Shown piece after piece: positions 26,201 to 63,822 of a stretch of DNA of 64,000 nucleotides. How positions within the stretch are numbered: the first letter of the stretch is position 1; every line of letters starts with the position of its first letter. Source of the stretch: Hormiphora californensis. Taxonomy: Eukaryota > Animalia > Ctenophora. Under the pieces are notes generated by a model, which saw only the letters and a program-made list of their open reading frames with translations, searched no databases and had not been told where the DNA came from. Location: NCBI GenBank assembly GCA_020137815.1, contig CM035360.1, positions 1,550,001 to 1,614,000 of the forward strand, written 5' to 3'. Made by a program: the position numbers and the translations under genes.

Positions 26201-29200
26201 TACTATTATGACGTTAAAACTCGATAGTTATGAACAGTGATGAGATTTTAGCACTGTCGGTTAGATTGCAAGACCCAGCATTATAAAATATGCGACATTA
26301 AATGTAACTCGATCTCTCCCACACCTGCCTACCATTGAAGCTAAAGTTCATTTTCCCTCGTGATAGTTGCACAATGTGAGCCCCCAGCTGCTTTATGTTA
26401 TGTTCTAACCCTCCTTTACGGGCGGAGCTCGCGAAAAAGGGGCCGGGTCGAGCTAGGCAAGCTGCTTTAGTGGCCATACGATCATGATAGTACCGCTAAT
26501 CAAACACGGAGTGTGGTCTCCAAAAATCCAATTATCTACCGATATGCTTCCGATTTACTTGACCTCAGCTCATTTGCAGAGCATCTGAGCAATATTCCAC
26601 TTTCTTTTCAGGGAAAATACAACTTTACTTTGACAGTAAAAGATGAGAAGGGGCTCTCTGACTCGGCCAGCGTGACTGTGACAGTGGAGAAAAACCCGCA
26701 CTCCCAGGTAGGTAACAAATTAAATAGTTTGCACTTTGCGTGCCGGCAAGGGAGGGGTAACTTCGTTACCGAACTCCCAGGTAGATAGAGAAATTAAATC
26801 AGGGGGGGGTGGGGTTTGATATATATAATATACCTTACTCTCGTTAATTAAGCTCGCATATTTCAAGAAACTTTTAAATAAGAAACTTTTTTTCTAGGAA
26901 ACTACAGGTGTAAGCAATCCAAAAACAAAAAGAATTTCTCCTTTATCAAGTTATAAAAAAGTTTCTTACTAAAGCGTTTCTTAAAAAACGAGAGTAAGGT
27001 AGTTGATACGAGTAGCATGGGATGGAAGATTTAAACTAGAGATGTCATTTTGGTACTCTCAGTTAGAAGGTTGATCAAGTTAATTGAGTTTTGAACAGGA
27101 TCGACACAGTTTTCAGTGAAATAAAACTGACAACCAGTAACCACGGGGGAGTTGTATCAGTAGTTATTGGTAGTAGTTATTGCTTATGACAGCAAGTAAT
27201 GACTCATTATTAGTAAACTAGAAAACTAGCTCCCAGTCTAGCTGATAGAAACTCTGTCAGCTAAAATAGATTATTTTATTTTGGATAGTTGCCATCATGG
27301 GGTACTATAACCGATCAAATAAAAATATATCTTGTCTCAAATGTTGGAATTTTAACAAAAAAGTTTCTGAAATTCTTGATGCTTGAGAGGAAGTTAAATA
27401 TCTTCCTGATTTTGGCATGTTATATAAAATTGTCGAGTAGCAAGTTATTCAACAATTTTAAATTGAAATTTATTCAGTTATTTAGTTGCTCGGGCCTTGG
27501 CCTTGGACGGATATGAGGATAAATTATGAGGATAAATTATTTTAATCAATCCGCATTCTGGTTAAAACTGAAACCTTTTAAACACCTAATTTGAGTCATG
27601 CTCGGATTTCGGAACACATAATACAGGGGTGTAGGAATGATTTTTCAAGTGAGGGGGCGAAGTCACGTGACCAATTACAGCGCTGGCCAGCGCCCAAGAC
27701 AATTTTTTGTAAGCAAGATTTAGTCACCTATTTCATTGCAATTATCATACATCGGGCGGAGCGACAGCGGAGCCCGAGAAAATTTTTAGGGTTTTGAGCC
27801 AAAAAGTCATGATTTCGTCATTTGGGAGTGAGTGTTGACTGTTGGTGGTAGAAGTGAGGGGGCGAACCTGGCCAAAAGTGGGGGGGGGGGGGGGGGGGGG
27901 GGGGGGCGGCCGCCCCCCTCGCCCCCCCCTATTCCTACACCCCTGACATAATATGAGAAATTCAACACCTAAACTCCCTTCTACAGCTCCATCTCCCCTT
28001 TTAAACACCTAACATCCTACAGCTCAACCCTCCTCACCTCACCCCACCTCACCTCTTGTCTCTCACCCAGCTGTCTCTCAACCCTCCTCCACCTCACCCC
28101 ACCTCACCCCACCTCACCTCTTGTCTCTCACCCCTCCTCCACCTCAGGATATTGTCCAAGTGTTCCTGTTTGAGGATCCTGCCACATTTACCCAAGAGAA
28201 ACTGGAAGCTCTTAGGGGAATACTCATGGTCCCTCTTACCGAGAGTTACTGTAAGTTACAGCTCTTAGCGCGACGTTACAGTCATGTAGTATGACAACTG
28301 TAAGCTAGGTTGGGGGTCCACCTTTTCGCCCCCGTGGTCTGAAGATCACAACTGCTTGGGATAAAACCGGAAAGAAGCTGTGTTAGTGTTAGCTGTCACT
28401 TGTGACAGTTCCAATCTGTCAAGTGTGGGTTCAAGACCGGTAGAATTCTCAAATTATCCCCCCCCCCCCCCTGAGAAACTCAACCTAATTCTTGGGTCGC
28501 TTGACACTCCGTGCTCCTCAACCTAACTCACCCTAATTTAACCTTGCAGCGGTGAATAATGGCAAACCAAGGCCCCGTGCTGCAACAGAGGCCCAGGGGA
28601 AATGGGAGTTGGTGACGATATCTGTAACTTCTATCGATAACAGGGTTGTCGTCTACTTTTACGGTAAATTATATTTTACGGTAAGTCATACTTTGTCATA
28701 CCACTGTGTCTTCAGCCGGGTGAGAAAAAACGAATTTTCTTTTTTTCTTTTGAAAATAAAATTTCTGTATGAAATGGGTACCCCAGTGACATTTTATTTC
28801 ATGTCGCGGTAGTGTCGAACAAAGGATTGCATGACATGTCCAGGAATGTCCTGTTATCGGAATACCTCGATTATCTTTGGGCCGTTTCCAAAGCCTGGTG
28901 TCACATACCGAACATTCACATACCTGCCACAATCTGTATTTCAAATATTATTCTGAACTTCACAATCCATATTTTAAAATTTTCTGGACTCACTATCTTA
29001 TGCTGGTTGCTGGTAAATTCCAGGGGCTCCATTCCTTACTGGTAGGTAATACAGACGGTACAAAGACGGAAAACCAAAGCAACCATTTCATCCATCAGCC
29101 TATAAGTATAATCCCATAACGACACACACCCCGCACCCGTTATTACCCACATCATACGGGACACCCCTATCCCCATCAATATCCCATAATGACAGCCACC

Positions 29201-30795
29201 TCGCACCTCTATTACCCACATCATACGGGACACCCCTAACCCCATCAATATCCCATAATGACAGCCACCTCGCACCTGTTATTACCCCCTTCATTATCCC
29301 AGGTAAAGACCAGAACGATAAGATTCTACCGGGTAAACCGTTGGTGAAACAGCTGAGGGACACAGTGTACGGGGAACTGCTGGGTTATAACTTTGATGTC
29401 ATTGATACCAGCACGTGCAGTAATGAATGCAGTGGACATGGAGTGTAAGTGAGAGTTGACTTGTCTGTCTGGTGGCGCCGACAAGATCTGAGCGCACCAC
29501 CAATCACTGAGAATCAAAACGGGGTCTGGCGGCGCTAAACAGTTGTTTATTGGCTCTAAGGGGGGGGGGTCAATATCACACCTAAGAATAGCATGTGAAG
29601 TGCATGGATTAATGGATATACTTACTACTTACTTACTTGAATGGGGTCTCCTCAATCGTTAGAGTGGCCCGCGTCATGGATATAACACCACCCCATTTTG
29701 GTTTCCACACAGGTGCTCTGATGAAACAAGATTGTGTACATGTGATGAGTTCTGGATGGAGAACTTTTTTAGAGCATCAGCAGGTTAGTACATGTTAGTA
29801 CATGCTGCACGTGCATCAGCAGTCAGCAGGTTAGTACATGTTGCACGTGTATCAGCAGGTTAGTACATGTTGCACGTGCATCAGCAGGTTAGTGCTTCTC
29901 TGTCAGAGCATCAGCAGGTTAGTGCTTCTCTGTCAAAGCATCAGCAGGTTAGTGCTTCTCTGTCAGGGAGAGGTTGCTAAGATACCAACTCTGTAACCTC
30001 CCAACCACTCCACCAATATTACAGGATGTCCGTTAACCCCCCCCCCCCCCCCGCCCAAGTACTCCACCAACCCTGTAACCCCAGTTAACCACTCTAACAC
30101 TCCACCAGTAACCAATCCTGTAACCTTTCCACCAATTGCCTCAAGACGTCCGATACCCCCTCCACCTACTCCACTAACCCTGTAAGCTGTAACCCCAGTT
30201 AATCACCTAACCACACCACCACTCCACACAGGACGTCAGTTTTCCAACTGTGATTGGAGCAAGATCTACTTTGGAATTGTTGTCCTAATGATCCTCTGTG
30301 GTCTATTTGTTGTTCTGTATGTCGTGTATTACGTCATGAGTCTCAGGTGAGAAGAGTAGTTAATTGGCTAATTAGTTAATTAGTTGATGATTTAGTTAAA
30401 GACATACACAGAGATGTACACAACATCCATAGTAGTCATTTATTTCTGTTGATATAGAGTTGGGCTCTAAACAAAGCTCTCAAACTCGACCCCAACGGCC
30501 AACCCCCCAAACTCGACCCTGCAGAAACGACCAGATAAAGCGCCGTCGACGTTACAAGCGACTTGAAGAGGAGACAGCAGGGAGAACAGGTGCCTTGGAC
30601 TCCTCCGATGATAGCGAGTTTTTCAGGAGCATGAAAATGAAACGAGTCAGCAGTTCTGGTGGTGTTGCTGGTGGTACAGCTCCCAATGGAGGGGGATATA
30701 CAGGGGCGAGTTTTAGTAATTCTGCAGCTAACGTTTTAAATGCTAATAATTTCACTAACGGTAACAAACTCAAGTCGTCTCAGAAAACAAAATAA
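17231..30795 (+). CDS. KIAA0319L: KIAA0319/KIAA0319L (AAVR)-like type I membrane protein: signal peptide, MANEC, PTS-rich region, ~4 EGF, 5 PKD, juxtamembrane EGF, TM, cytoplasmic tail
   Basis: 26 phase-compatible exons: 17231-17389, 17471-17630 (DCITKCCSSEYCDVA, MANEC-like), 17776-17930, 18088-18235, 18686-18803, 19024-19175, 19579-19640, 19786-19887, 19986-20105, 20431-20547, 21608-21745, 21902-21968, 22771-22838, 23053-23129, 23548-23640, 24031-24233 (LSNLAEGTYTFTLTVYD), 24511-24691, 25692-25867, 26040-26146, 26612-26707, 28148-28250, 28550-28663, 29303-29444, 29713-29783 (CSGHGVC..CTCDEFWMEN), 30232-30346 (SNCDWS + TM), 30525-30795. Confidence 0.9.
20113..20283. mobile_element. TA-flanked MITE (Tc1/mariner-type) with CCCCGATTTACCGG repeats, inserted just after a splice donor
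   Basis: Ends CCGGGCCCCGATTTACCGG...CCGGTAAATCGGGGTCCGACTG, with TA on both sides. Degenerate relatives at ~18899-18962 and ~41308-41393. Confidence 0.7.
21443..21613 (+). repeat. 33-35 bp tandem array of 3' splice-site modules (5 acceptors)
   Basis: GATTAACCCACTTCTCTCTTCTCTCAG|GTGGT x5. The last copy opens exon 21608. Confidence 0.9.
24781..25702 (+). repeat. 31-bp minisatellite of 30 tandem 3' splice-site modules
   Basis: Unit GAGCTAACTCTCCATTTT(C/A)AAG|GTTCAAACT. First AG at 24791 and last at 25690, a distance of 899 = 29x31. The last copy is the acceptor of exon 25692 (RFKLTVTD). Confidence 0.95.
26833..26999. mobile_element. 167-bp TA-flanked MITE
   Basis: TIR CCTTACTCTCGTT / AACGAGAGTAAGG with TA on each side. 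Confidence 0.7.
27624..27945. mobile_element. 322-bp hAT-type MITE
   Basis: 15-bp TIR CAGGGGTGTAGGAAT / ATTCCTACACCCCTG. Perfect 8-bp TSD ACATAATA at 27616-27623 and 27946-27953. Internal poly-G. Confidence 0.9.
29120..29290. repeat. ~61-bp tandem repeat upstream of exon 29303
   Basis: ATTACCCACATCATACGGGACACCCCTA..CCCATCAATATCCCATAATGACAGCCACCTCGCACC, about 2.5 copies. Confidence 0.8.
29771..29967 (+). repeat. Tandem array of 5' splice-site junction copies (TCAGCAG|GTTAGT x6)
   Basis: The exon end and donor at 29783 are reiterated five more times in ~29-36 bp units. Confidence 0.85.
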
Positions 30796-31117
30796 GAGGA
30801 TTTTAAAGAAACTAAGAAAACTATTAAAATGTTTTTGAAAGGGGCGGGTATTTTCAAACTTTCAATTTTTTTCCTTTTCATTCAAGTGATTTAAAGTTTT
30901 TTGTATCTTTCTTTTTTGATCTCATACATGATCACTAATTTGGGGTTGCTCTTTTTCTGTGTTTTAACTAATATATAACTAGTTATTTTGCTCACGGTTG
31001 TAAAAAAGCATTTAATTATAATATGTTGGCACGAACACAAGGTGTTGATCACTGCTATTTATACTTTTCAGCAAAACACGTGTATTACTCATGCCTTCCC
31101 CTCCCTCCTATTAGGAA

Positions 31118-31226
31118 CAGGAACCGACCGAATCAGGAAATACTGGTCCCTGATTGGCGGATAACCAGTCACGTGACCTAAATAACGAGTTCTGATTGGT
31201 TGTTTACTTGTGTCGGTCGGTTCCTG
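31118..31226 (+). mobile_element. ~110-bp hAT-type MITE, family A, copy 2, ~200 bp upstream of the GPD2 ATG
   Basis: TIR CAGGAACCGACCGA / TCGGTCGGTTCCTG. TSD ATTAGGAA on both sides. Confidence 0.9.
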
Positions 31227-31429
31227 ATTAGGAACATGTCTACTATTCCATTCCTTCCCAACTCTATCGAACTACCCACTACTCTTTTCAACCCCTAGAA
31301 TCAGCCATCACGTAACATCTCTACCTACCTATAGTATGGGACGTGATAGTTAGCTGCGGACCTCCCTCCCCTAGTAACGGAACTCTTCACTCCTTGGTAA
31401 CCGGATCCTGATCACATCCCATTCCCATC

Positions 31430-52317
<20,888 letters not shown>

Positions 52318-55156
52318 GACTGTTGGTGGTCATTATTTTCTGGCGGCGCGACAACCCGATATGAGCGCACTGAGAATCAAAGAGCGGTCTGGTGTCATTA
52401 GACATGTTGATTGTGAGTGAAGGAGTGTGTCATCAGCTTGGCTAGAATTCAGGATAGGACATAGGTTCTGCTGAGAGTTGTTGAGTAAGGGGTGCTCCTA
52501 CTGCAGTAGTACACCCCTTAGTCAACAAACTCAGACTGAGAGCAGTTATTTATTATTAGCTACAATTACATCATTGGTGTGGGCTATGATTAATCAATAA
52601 TCATAATTATTGTGAATATTGCTGATAGTGATAGTGATATTCTCCGATTCTCGAAGAAAACTGAGAATAATATTCTGAGTATCTAATACTAATACAATCA
52701 GTATTATTGCTATCCCCCGTATTGTTATCAATATCACTAAAATAGTGAGATGGCGAGATCAGAGAATGATTCAGCATAATTAATTAGAGTTATTTTGTTA
52801 TTATATTGATATGTTATTACTGTTGTTATACTTAGCTTATAGGATTCATCTTCACAAATCAACCCCTCATCTCTCCATGATTATTTCTTGAATTTATTCT
52901 ACATATAATTTTATTTTGTAATATACAGCCTTGTTGTTTAGTTTGATTGTAAGAAATGTATTTTTCTACCGATTATCCACCTTATGATTACATTCGTGAT
53001 TTAGAATTAGAAAAGAGAAATGTTATTTTAGTCTTCAATTGTATGTACTTATCAAAGCCTTCGACAAACCAAGCCTTCTTTTATGGGCGTTATCTAAATT
53101 GAAGTGGCAGTGCAACTACCGTCCAAAGCAGGGAGTTTTGCAGACTGCAGTTGAATAACGAGGTTTACTCGATTTCTGATCAATTTAATTTCAAAAGGCG
53201 GCCGGTTTAGCCCTAAAACCTGTTCCTGTACAATTGCACTGCCACTTCAAGGTGCCCGACCGATCAGGGGAGAAGAATCAGAAACTCCTGCCTAACGAAG
53301 GTGTACCAGTCCAGGTTCGCCTTGGACCCGTTAGGGCCGGGGCGCGACGTGCCCAATGGTTCGCCTTGTTGGGCAGCGAACGGTTGCAGGGACAAGACCG
53401 CCAAAATGGCGGCGCGCAACCAGAGTCCCCATGCCGCGCGTTGATTCGTGTACGGTGGCGGAAGGAATGAACGGTCACCTTTTCGATGTAAGAAAGTACC
53501 CGCGCGTTCCTGACATTACATCACCTCGATTCTTCGACCAGCTTCATCCACATAACTCACGCAACAGTGCTACGCCCCCTTCCCCCGGTAATTTATTCGT
53601 ATTATTTTCCAGCGATTTATTCTTATTTCATAGTTCATGAGGGAGAGGGAAGTTGCCCAGGCGTGCTATGGATTTCTCGAAAATCGGACTTATGGGTATA
53701 GGGCAAGTGCATTATGTGCATTTTAAATGTAATTAACCCCCTCCCGACACAACAGACTGGGCATTTTTTTGCCGTATTACTCCCCTGTTCAGCCCTACCC
53801 TATCTTTGTTTTCTCTTTCTCTCTCACTCTCCCTCACTCCTTCTCCCCCTCTCTCTCTCTAGCGGAACGCCCTCGAAATAGAAATTCCAAAAACAACTCC
53901 CCACGTCAAGCATCACATGCCCTTATCACTTGTAACCGCTTATCGGACTTGGAGTAGGGCCAAGTAAACACAATGTGTGTGCGGAGTCATGGGTTGGTAA
54001 GCGGAGCCGGGAGGGAGGGGTCATGGAGTCATGGAGTCAGGGGGTATAGAGGGGAGGGAGGGGTGACGGGATATAGAGAAGGGAGGGAGGGTTATGAAGT
54101 CAAGGGGTGTACTGGGTAGAGAAAGTAATGAAGCCAGGGGATATTTCCACCTCAGGGGGTATAGAGGGGAGGGAGGGGTGACGTAAGGGAGTACTCCTGC
54201 CCCAGGAGCTTCAGTGAAGTGTAAACTGTCAAGTGATTGGAATTACTTGTTGTCTACCTGTAAACCACTACCTTCCAGACCCCGCCCAAAAGTAGAATGG
54301 AAACAAGAGATATCTTTGAACAAATAAAAAGTGGCCAACTACAGGATTGGAAAAACAAAAAGGGGGCGGGACTGCTACAAATACTATACCACGGGTTAGG
54401 ATGTCAGATGGCATTACAATATTATCTATCTTGGGGGCAAATATAAATTGTGGAAAAACAGGGGGTACTCAAAAACGTCATGTCCTAACAGATTAAATTA
54501 AAAAAAAACCAATAATGATACGATGTAGCGATAACTAAAAATGACATTATAAACGGTGTACAGGGTGCCTATATAATCTACCCAAAAAAACAACATCCCT
54601 AATATATTTTACACAGTTTACATTTGCACACCCTGTACGTGCTGAAAATACCAACAAAAAAACCTAACAAAGACCTAAACGGCGGATCACAGATCATTTA
54701 TATATAATCATCAGTTATCAATAAACTTGTTTAACAGTTATTATTTGTATGAACTTCACACGGTGTCTCTTGTCCCGCAACTTCTTGGCAGCGGGCCAAA
54801 ATCAAGTGATTTCAATCCTTGTAGTTCAAGGAGGTACATCTCCCAAACAGCAGAATAAAAAGCTCGTGTCATTGGGCCCAAACTGGGTTGCGAGACAAGG
54901 AGACAAAACATATTTATATAAATTATGTAGATTTTAAAAACTAATTATTTAACGCACACACATAATATAATGTTATAACATATAATAGACTTTATAGAAA
55001 CTGCCAGAAATCGTTTCATATCGAACGAAAACAGTAAAAAGCCAAGAAAAAAACCTAAAAAGGAGAGTTAATATATTTCAAAGTGAATTCATCACTTTAA
55101 AAAATCCCCTTTATACTTCTCTAACACTTTATAAATAACAAACACAGTGTCCCTCT

Positions 55157-58888
<3,732 letters not shown>

Positions 58889-59142
58889 TTCAAGGAAGGA
58901 CTAGGGAAGCAGGGGGATGCGAACAATTTATTTTGACTGGTTTTGGTGGATTTTAAAAGTCAGGGTGGTTTTGAAAATCTGAGTTTTTTATTTTTCAGGA
59001 TTTTCTGATTTGTAGCGCGCATTACGCGCATTAAAATTTTGCAGCGCATTCCACATTTACATGCGGCGAACGCAGGAAATTCATACTCATAGCGACCGGC
59101 AGGTTAACTGTTGGTGGTGCACCAATAGTATTGGCAATACTA

Positions 59143-59898
59143 ACGGGTGACAACTAAAAATTGTCCCTAATTTAAAACGGCTGTAGAATTTTTCCCTTTT
59201 GAGATACAGCTTCGGGCCAGTGATAGAACGATTTTTCAGACAATTTTGAATCGGAATAACATACCAGCAAAGACTAAAAAGTTCATTTTCATTGCGATAT
59301 CGCATCGTTTCCTCTTGTCCCTCCAAAGCATGTAGTACGGAGATTTGAGATTTCTATTTGATCAAAAACAAACTTACCGATGAGATAAAATTCTCAAAAT
59401 TGGAAGTTTAGTTGTTCATGCCATAACCAACATAACTGCCAAGTTTGAAAATTTCAGCTCACTAGGAAGTTGGTTTTCCACGTCATTAATGTTTCAAGAG
59501 ATCCTCTAAATGGCGATTTCTCAAATTACCTGTAAACTACACTTTGTTACAGAAGATTCTGATCAGGAAATTGAGATTAACGTAGTTTGAAACAAAGTTA
59601 ATTTCGTTCAAAATTGTCTGAAAAATCATTCTATCACTATCCCGAAGCTGTATCTCAAACAGAACAGGCGCTAGATGTGTTAGAAGAATGTGTTGATTTC
59701 ACGTACTTCATGCTTTGGTGGGGCAAGAGGAAATGATGCGATATCGCAATGAAAATGAACTTTTTAGTCTTTGCCGGCATGTTGTTCCGATTCAAAATTG
59801 TCTGAAATATCGTTCTATCACTGGCCAGAAGCTGTATCTCAAAAGGGAAAAATTCTACAGCCGTTTCAAATTAGGGACAATTTTTAGTTGTCACCCGT
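59143..59898. mobile_element. ~756-bp TA-flanked MITE with ~195-bp TIRs, upstream of the KH gene
   Basis: TA-ACGGGTGACAACTAAAAATTGTCCCTAATTT...AAATTAGGGACAATTTTTAGTTGTCACCCGT-TA. Partial internal copy of the arm at ~59605-59660. Confidence 0.85.
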
Positions 59899-60235
59899 TA
59901 TTCCATATTCAATCTAGTAGAACCCCAAAAATAAACAAAACGATTCATGATTAATAAGAAAATAGTACACTCCATAGGAAATTGTATCGGCAGTTCTTCT
60001 CTCGGTCTCAGTGCCACTGGCAGTGGCACTACCAGTTGCCACACACAGTCCCATACTACGAGCTCAGCTCAATACTTTACTTTTATACATAACAATATAT
60101 AACTTGCGCTATAAAATAAAACTAATCACCTCTTTTAACCTCATCAATCACATAATATAATATTCGCCATAAAAAAGAATCACGCGTTCATGACGTCACG
60201 TTACATAACGTGATGATGAGGATCTCCAGTTCTCT

Positions 60236-63200
60236 CTAGACAGTGCCCCTGTTTGAGAGATCTTTAACTTTGTAAATCCGGACAATCCAGTGCTCTGATG
60301 TGAAGGCTTCCTCCACGACGTCCAACTCGAAATCCTTGTTTCCAATCTCCTGGTTTCGGACCCGATCGTAGCCTGTTGGTTTGCCTTGCTCTGTCATTAT
60401 CTCACCAAATCTAGGATGGAGGAGGGTTAGACAATTTGTTCATACTTTCTTTTAGAAAGTTTGGTTAGACAATACTAGTAAAACTGGGATAGACACATGG
60501 ATAGACTAAGACAGTGGGACAGACGTCAGACAGACATCTAGGGGCGGGGGTAGTTAGACAAGGGGCAGACACAGACACTCAGACAGACATTGCTTGTTTA
60601 ATTCTTGGTTTAATTCCTACAGAAAAGAGGACTGAATTTGTATATTATATCGAGATTCGAGGTCAAAGAACAATATATAATTAGTAGGGACGAATCTCTC
60701 ACAAAAAGAAGTGGTTGACTCACTATTTGGTGAAAAGCAAATTCTAGTTGTAACCCACCTATTTTGACCCGCTGAACACGATCCCGTCCATAGGTAAGCT
60801 CTAAGTAGTGGAGAAAATGCCCAAATCGGCCACGCCCTATTACCTGTATTTTCAGGCTGTAGCCAAAAACACAAATCCTCTTAGAATAGGAGTAGAGACA
60901 AATCTGAGGGCACAAAAGTGATCAGCGCCCTCGCATTAGTGGGGGTAGGTGCTGGAATTAAGTCTCTATCTCATCTGGTTAATTAGATAATTGGATAATT
61001 AGGTTTGCACATAACCGTTTTTTGGCTATATGGCTATAGCCACTTAGGAATGGTTTAGAGACTTTTCACTGGCGCCATTTTGTAGGCAATAGCCAAGTTA
61101 TGGGGGGTCGACGTTGGACTTTTAAGCTCTATCTCCAACCGTTTAGCCGTTATTGGGCTTAATCGATGCTCAAAATGAGCGAAAAACGGTAAAAAGCCCG
61201 ATTTTGAGCATCGTTTAAGCCAAATAACGGCTAAACGGTTGGAGATAGAGCTTAAAAGTTCGACGTCGACCCCCCATAACTTGGCTATTGCCTACAAAAT
61301 GGCGCCAGTGAAAAGTCTCTAAACCATTCCTAAGTGGCTATAGCCATATAGCCAAAAAACGGTTATGCGCAAACCTAATTATCCAATTATCTAATTAACC
61401 AGATGAGATAGAGACTTAATTCCAGCACCTACCCCCACTAATGCGAGGGCGCTGATCACTTTAGTGCCCTCAGATTTGTCTCTACTCCTATTCTAAGAGG
61501 ATTTGTGTTTTTGGCTACAGCCTGAAAATACAGGTAATAGGGCGTGGCCGATTTGGGCATTTTCTCCACTACTTAGAGCTTACCTATGAACGGGATCGTG
61601 TTCAGCGGGTCAAAATAGGTGGGTTACAACCGGAATTTGCTTTTCACCAAATAGTGAGTCAAAAAATTAAGATTCGCCCCTACTAAATACTAGGTTATCA
61701 TTATTATTATTGAGATGAGATTTGTGGTTCTTTGTGGGATAATGAGAGAGAGTGCAGAGCAATTAATTAGCATCTAGTGAGCCTACTACTACTGATGAGA
61801 CCCAGAAGCCATACAATATTGATTAATATTCCAAGATCAAGTACTATCGCATAGTACGAACTCTTTCATTACATACGTAGCTGTTCAAGTAGAACTATAA
61901 AACTTGATTGATTGTCAGATTGTCTATGGATTGCCTATGTAATTTGCATTGAAGGTACGTGCTTGTTTGTCCTTGCTTGAACTTCTCTCTCCGTGACGGG
62001 TGGCCCACGAATAATTTTGTAAAACTTAATTTTTTGGACCCGACACTCTAAAGATTTCTATTCACGAGATTTTGTAATTGTACGTGGCACGGTTGTACAG
62101 AGTTGTCATATTTGAAACGGTTATACAGAGTTTTCATATTTGAAACGTTCAGTTTATTTCGATTGGAGGAATCTGTCAAGTGTAAGGACAGGTTGGTTAC
62201 AAAGTCCGCCTTGAGAAATTAACGGAGCGAGAAGATAAATGATATCCCCTACTTTGAATCAGTCTGACAAGGTTGCTTGTAGCCAGAACGGTGAGGAAGC
62301 GCCACTATTTAACCGAAAAAATATAACCTTCACCCATTCAATTAATCAAGCTATCCAATAGCTCTGTTAGATTCAGTTTAATGTTCTTCTCTTTTTATTT
62401 TTTCTCTTTCTATACTAGCACTGTTAAACTAGCCCCGCCCTCCATTGGTTATATGTCTCCTACGCATGAAGGTCTTTATAGGTCAAGGAATCGGTATAAA
62501 TTATACGATAAACACTTTTCCCTTTTCGTATCTAGATATCTTACGTCATCAGACCTATCAATTTGTTGAAGATAAGACCTTTTAAGGGTTTATTCGCAGC
62601 TACTTGTATTATAAAGGACCCCCTATTTGCCGGCCCTGACAAATGTGACAGTCTTTCTAAGTATCACGTGCTGAATGCAGTTGGGGGGGGGGCAGTTTAA
62701 TGGTTCAGGTGTTCGACCTACTGTGTGTTTTAAATGACTGGGACTGTTCAAATCGACATAGCGTCAAAAGTTGTGAATATTTTGCTCTGAAATTTTAGGA
62801 CAAGGTAGATGGCTACCTGCCATTTATTGTACTCGAATTTCAGCAAAATCGATCCTTCCTGAATGAACCTGTAGCCCAAAAACCTCCTCTAACTTTGAGC
62901 GCTCAGATCTCTGCAACCTGATGAGGTAGAGAGCTCAAACTTTCACAATATGTTCATTAGACAATTTACAAACTTTTGGCTGCTTGGTTTGACGATATCT
63001 TTTTTAGTTCCTTCGCAGGAACACGGCAAAGTGGTGTAATTCGGCCTAATTGGGAGCATTTTTGCACTCAGGTATCACGTATCACGTGTCTTACTGGGGG
63101 TAATCAGCCCCCAACAATGTGTTACACCGATTCTGTGATTGCTTCTGAGTGTGGCAAAGTGTGGCGCTTCGTCTGAAATCGTTGACAAGGTCACGTGACT

Positions 63201-63433
63201 AGCTGTGGTGCTGAGTGTGGTAGAGCGTGGCGCTTCGTCATGACAAGAGAGAGAGGGAGAGAGATAGTGAGAGAAATAGAGAGAAAGGAAGAGAGTCACA
63301 TTTTCTTCGTCATGACGAGAGAGTTATACTCAGCAGATAGTCATAGAGAGAGCGAATCGGTGACACTATAGTTAGACGTTGTTATCATGTCGAGATGTTC
63401 CACATCTAATCACGTGACCTTTCACCTTGTAAC

Positions 63434-63491
<58 letters not shown>

Positions 63492-63822
63492 TTCGAATCA
63501 AATCAATCAAATCTCCCTCTATCTCCCTCACTTTTTCTCTTTCCCTCTCCTTCTCTTAGCTTGTACTGAGACTGACTTTATGAAAATGAACTGCGTTTTC
63601 TATAGCCAAGCGCTTCGAGTCCGTCTATACTAAAAATTTATTGTGTAGTTGTTTTGACAGTGACTGAGCACAATTTTGACTTATATCAACCAAATCAATA
63701 GTATAGTACCTGTAGTAGCACATCTTGTACATCAGACTGTTATGCATGGCTTTTGAAGCGTCCTTATCCACCTTTGTATTCACCCGTACTGCTGTAGTAG
63801 TCGCTCTCTTTAATGTGTTCAC
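60236..63822 (-). CDS. STT3A: STT3 oligosaccharyltransferase catalytic subunit, last two exons (gene continues beyond the window)
   Basis: Exon 63822-63710 ([16 protein letters not shown] / [21 protein letters not shown], with a frame change) and exon 60410-60236 ([57 protein letters not shown]). The short KDLxNRG C-terminus is STT3A-like. The A versus B assignment is tentative. Confidence 0.88.
60681..61686. mobile_element. ~1-kb near-perfect palindromic (foldback/MITE) element in the last STT3 intron
   Basis: 60715-61176 is the reverse complement of 61201-61662, with a ~25-bp loop. Outer TTAGTAGGG.CGAATCT / AGATTCG.CCCTACTAA. Confidence 0.85.
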
